A DNA stretch of 64,000 nucleotides from Eledone cirrhosa (lineage: Eukaryota): the NCBI GenBank assembly GCA_964016885.1, contig OZ024743.1:180916001-180980000 (forward strand), given 5' to 3'. The translations under genes and the position numbers were made by a program. The notes below the pieces were generated by a model. It was given only the letters and a program-made list of their open reading frames with translations, searched no databases and was not told the DNA's origin. Of the stretch, positions 61,234 through 64,000 are shown piece by piece. Position 1 is the stretch's first letter, and each line of letters begins with the position of its first letter.

Positions 61234-62120
61234 ATCATACTCATCATCATCATTATCATTATCATAATCATCATCGTAATCATTATTACTATCATCATCA
61301 TCATCATCATCATTATCATCATCATCATCATCATCATCATCATTATCATCATTATCATCATCATATCGACAACATCATCATAATCATCATTGTTATCATC
61401 ATGATAACGCCAACACCATCATCATCATCACCATCATACACAATATACGAAAGAAGAAATAACATGCTCAAGGCTAGAAATACATCCAACTATAATCCAA
61501 CTATAATTATGTTGCGGAACATTCTCTTCCCTTCCTCTTCCTCATTATCATCATCATCATCATCAACACCACCATCATCATCATCATCATTAACATCTCC
61601 ATCATTAATATCCTGACCAACCTGCTCCATCATAATCAACTTTATCATCATCATCATCATCATCAACATTATACACATCGATATCATCATCATCACCATC
61701 ATCGTCATCATCATCATTATTATAATCATCAGCTGTGCCCATAGTAGCCAATTTGTCACCATCATTGATTATAAGATAAGTATCTTCGTCATCATCATCA
61801 TCCTCATCATCATCATCATCACCATAATCATCATAACCATCATCATCATCAACCCTCTCACCATCATCATCACCGTCATTATCACCACTACCACCATCAA
61901 CACTACCATTATCCCCACCACCATCATCCCCACTATCGTCATCAGCACGATCACCACCACTACCACCACCACCATAATCATTATCATTATATTCATTGCC
62001 ACCACCATGAACCGCCAACATCACCATCAGCACCAACATTAACATCATCACCGCCATCACCAGCACCACCATCATCCTTTTCCACTATCATCATAATCAT
62101 CATTATTATAACATCATCAC
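61234..62120. repeat. Degenerate (ATC)n/(ACC)n microsatellite
   Basis: Direct reading; produces spurious poly-D, poly-M and poly-S ORFs. Confidence 0.92.
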
Positions 62121-62310
62121 CGGTGGATTGGCAGTATCAGTAGAGGGTCGGACGCCATACTTTCTAGCATAGTTACGTCCCTTTACGATCTGAGTTCAAA
62201 TCCCGCCGAGGTTGACTTTGCCTTTCATCCTTACGGGGTCGATAAAATAAAGTACCAGTAATGCACTGGGTAATTGCTGGCCTTGTGCCTAAAGTAGAAA
62301 CAATTATTAT
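62121..62310 (+). mobile_element. Full-length tRNA-derived SINE
   Basis: A-box-like TGGCAGTATCAGTAG, B-box GAGTTCAAATCC, body CTTTCATCCTTACGGGGTCGATAAAAT..AGTACCAG and ATT tail. At least 5 copies or fragments in the window. Confidence 0.85.
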
Positions 62311-62984
62311 AACATCATCACAATCATCACTATTACCATCATTGCGGTCATCATCACCATCATCTATAGTTCTAGAGAAGAGCTCCAGTAAAAATAACTA
62401 CAACAAGATAGGAAACCAAACGAAAGAGAAAAAAACAAAACAATGTTAGCGGCAACAATCATGTTTAATGTATTTCGACATTGTCAAGAAGAGAGAGGGA
62501 GAGAGAAACAACATTTCTACTACAACATTGAAATGATCGCTGGAGGTGACAAGATCTTAATTCAAACCTTCTAACTTTTACATTCAATTTAATTCATCTT
62601 CTGGTTGTGGTTAACTTGTGTTTCTCTTTCCTTTATCCTAGCAACCTCCAAATATAGTTGCAATCCCGAGAAATTCAATACAATTGTAAAAGAACGAACA
62701 CACACAAACATACACACAGATATGCATATACACACACAAATATTTACACACACACACACAAACATACACACAGATATACACATACATACATAAACACACA
62801 CGCATATATACACACACACATATACATACACATACACACACAAATATGTGTACATATATACAAAAGCAAACACACACACACACACACATATACATACACA
62901 CACACACAAATATATATACATATATACACACACACGGACATGCATATATATATATATATTTATATATATATACATATATATATA

Positions 62985-63477
62985 ATAAAATGTTACAGTA
63001 TCGTAAAAGAGGATAGAAATAAGAGGTATAAAGAGGTGCGATACAGAGTATTAGATGCCAAAAGCGGGTGCGTACGTGCTCGATGCTTCAGTTATCAGGG
63101 TTAAACATTAGAGAAAGTTAATATTTAGTGTACAGGATTAAGCAGAACGGTGATAAGCAAAATAATTAATGAAAGAGTTACAAGCCGTTAAAACATATCT
63201 TTATAAGATAGTTCGGGGTTCGTCTGAGGCAGATATTAAAGGCAAAGTTTTTAATTACTATACCCTATTAGGGTAAAATAATAGTTTTACATCACTGTGT
63301 ATATTAAATTTAATATACACAGTGATGTAAAACTATTATTTTACCCTAATAGGGTATATAATTAAAAACTTTGCCTTTAATATCTCTGCCTCTGACAAGC
63401 CCCGTTGGGCGAAACACATGTAAGAGCTTTATAAAGATAGATATGTTTTAACGGCTTGTAACTCTTTCATTAATTAT
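62985..63477. mobile_element. Fold-back element 4: spacer-less imperfect palindrome 63162-63477 (centre 63308/63309) with a left extension to (TA)n; minimal hammerhead in the right arm
   Basis: ATATTAAA|TTTAATAT centre; arms pair except around the hammerhead. Confidence 0.8.
63388..63427 (+). ncRNA. Minimal type I hammerhead motif with one core substitution (CTGACAA)
   Basis: GCCT-CTGACAA-GCCC-CGTT-GGGC-GAAA-CACATG-TA-AGAGC. The opposite arm has CAGACGA, so the ancestral core was probably CTGACGA. Confidence 0.65.
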
Positions 63478-63492
63478 GGTGGTGGATATAAA

Positions 63493-63680
63493 GCGGTGGA
63501 TTGGCAGTATCGGTAGAGGGTCGGATGCCATGCTTTGAAGCATAGAGTTACCTCCCTGTATGATCTGAGTTCAAATCCCGCCGAGGTTAACTTTGCCTTT
63601 CATCCTTACGGGGTCGATAAAATATAGTACCAGTAATGCACTGGGTAATCGCTGGCCTTGTGCCAAAAGTAAAAACAATT
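63493..63680 (+). mobile_element. Full-length tRNA-derived SINE
   Basis: Highly similar to 62121-62310. Confidence 0.85.
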
Positions 63681-63689
63681 AATTATTTT

Positions 63690-63724
<35 letters not shown>

Positions 63725-63725
<1 letters not shown>

Positions 63726-64000
63726 AGGTATAGGATTATCCAAGATGTAGTGATGGTTAATTAAGATATCTACAAGCCACTCTCTCCCACTTCTCCAACC
63801 CCTGCATATCTTTCCTTCTCTCTCCTTCTTCCCTACTTTTCTCTCTTTCTGTTCCACTCTATCTTCCCCAACAACCCCACTTAAGGGTTTTTACATTGTA
63901 CATTTACCATTCTGCTCTGAGGAAACAGTGGTCACAGCATTGGATATTCGAGTTCTGCAAATACTTGTGAATTTGCACGTAGCGGAACTAGGCTGCAGTA
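63725..64000 (+). mobile_element. Second copy of fold-back family 3: inverted 3' tip (63725-63762) plus a forward copy with the 5' half of an extended hammerhead; runs off the window
   Basis: 63726-63763 matches 56377-56414, and 63924-64000 matches 56654-56730. TCTGCT-CTGAGGA at 63911-63923. Confidence 0.75.

Noticed and set aside
61138-62075. Asp/Gly-rich or Met-rich protein
   Set aside because: Degenerate (ATC)/(ACC) microsatellite, open in several frames.
62121-62210. tRNA gene
   Set aside because: It has A/B-box-like motifs but no cloverleaf, and continues into a multi-copy SINE body.

Overview
Repeat-dominated eukaryotic DNA with no intact host gene. The SINE and LINE types and the dense (TA)n/(CA)n tracts suggest a cephalopod (octopus-like) genome; this is inference. 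(1) 1-27140: a 21-bp AT-rich, partly self-complementary satellite (CATATAGTATACTGTAC[A/T]GTA) with kilobase higher-order repeats. All ORFs called there are artefacts. The array ends directly against the 5' head of a tRNA-derived SINE. (2) 28.4-44.1 kb: six degenerate non-LTR retrotransposons strung end to end and separated only by short (TAA)n tracts. Four R4/Dong-like copies are all on +, and two near-full-length Tx1-like copies are both on -. (3) 44.4-49.9 kb: a divergent R4-like fragment between (TACA)n-like tracts and a near-full-length RTE element between (TA)n tracts. (4) 50-64 kb: microsatellite fields with SINEs, a mariner MITE, a hAT-like MITE and a Helitron-like end. They also hold four unrelated fold-back (inverted-repeat) elements, each carrying a type I hammerhead-ribozyme motif or part of one, mostly embedded in (TA)n. 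These are best read as Penelope-like terminal-repeat relics. The hammerhead fold-backs and the strand-polarised (TAA)n retrotransposon train are the most notable features.
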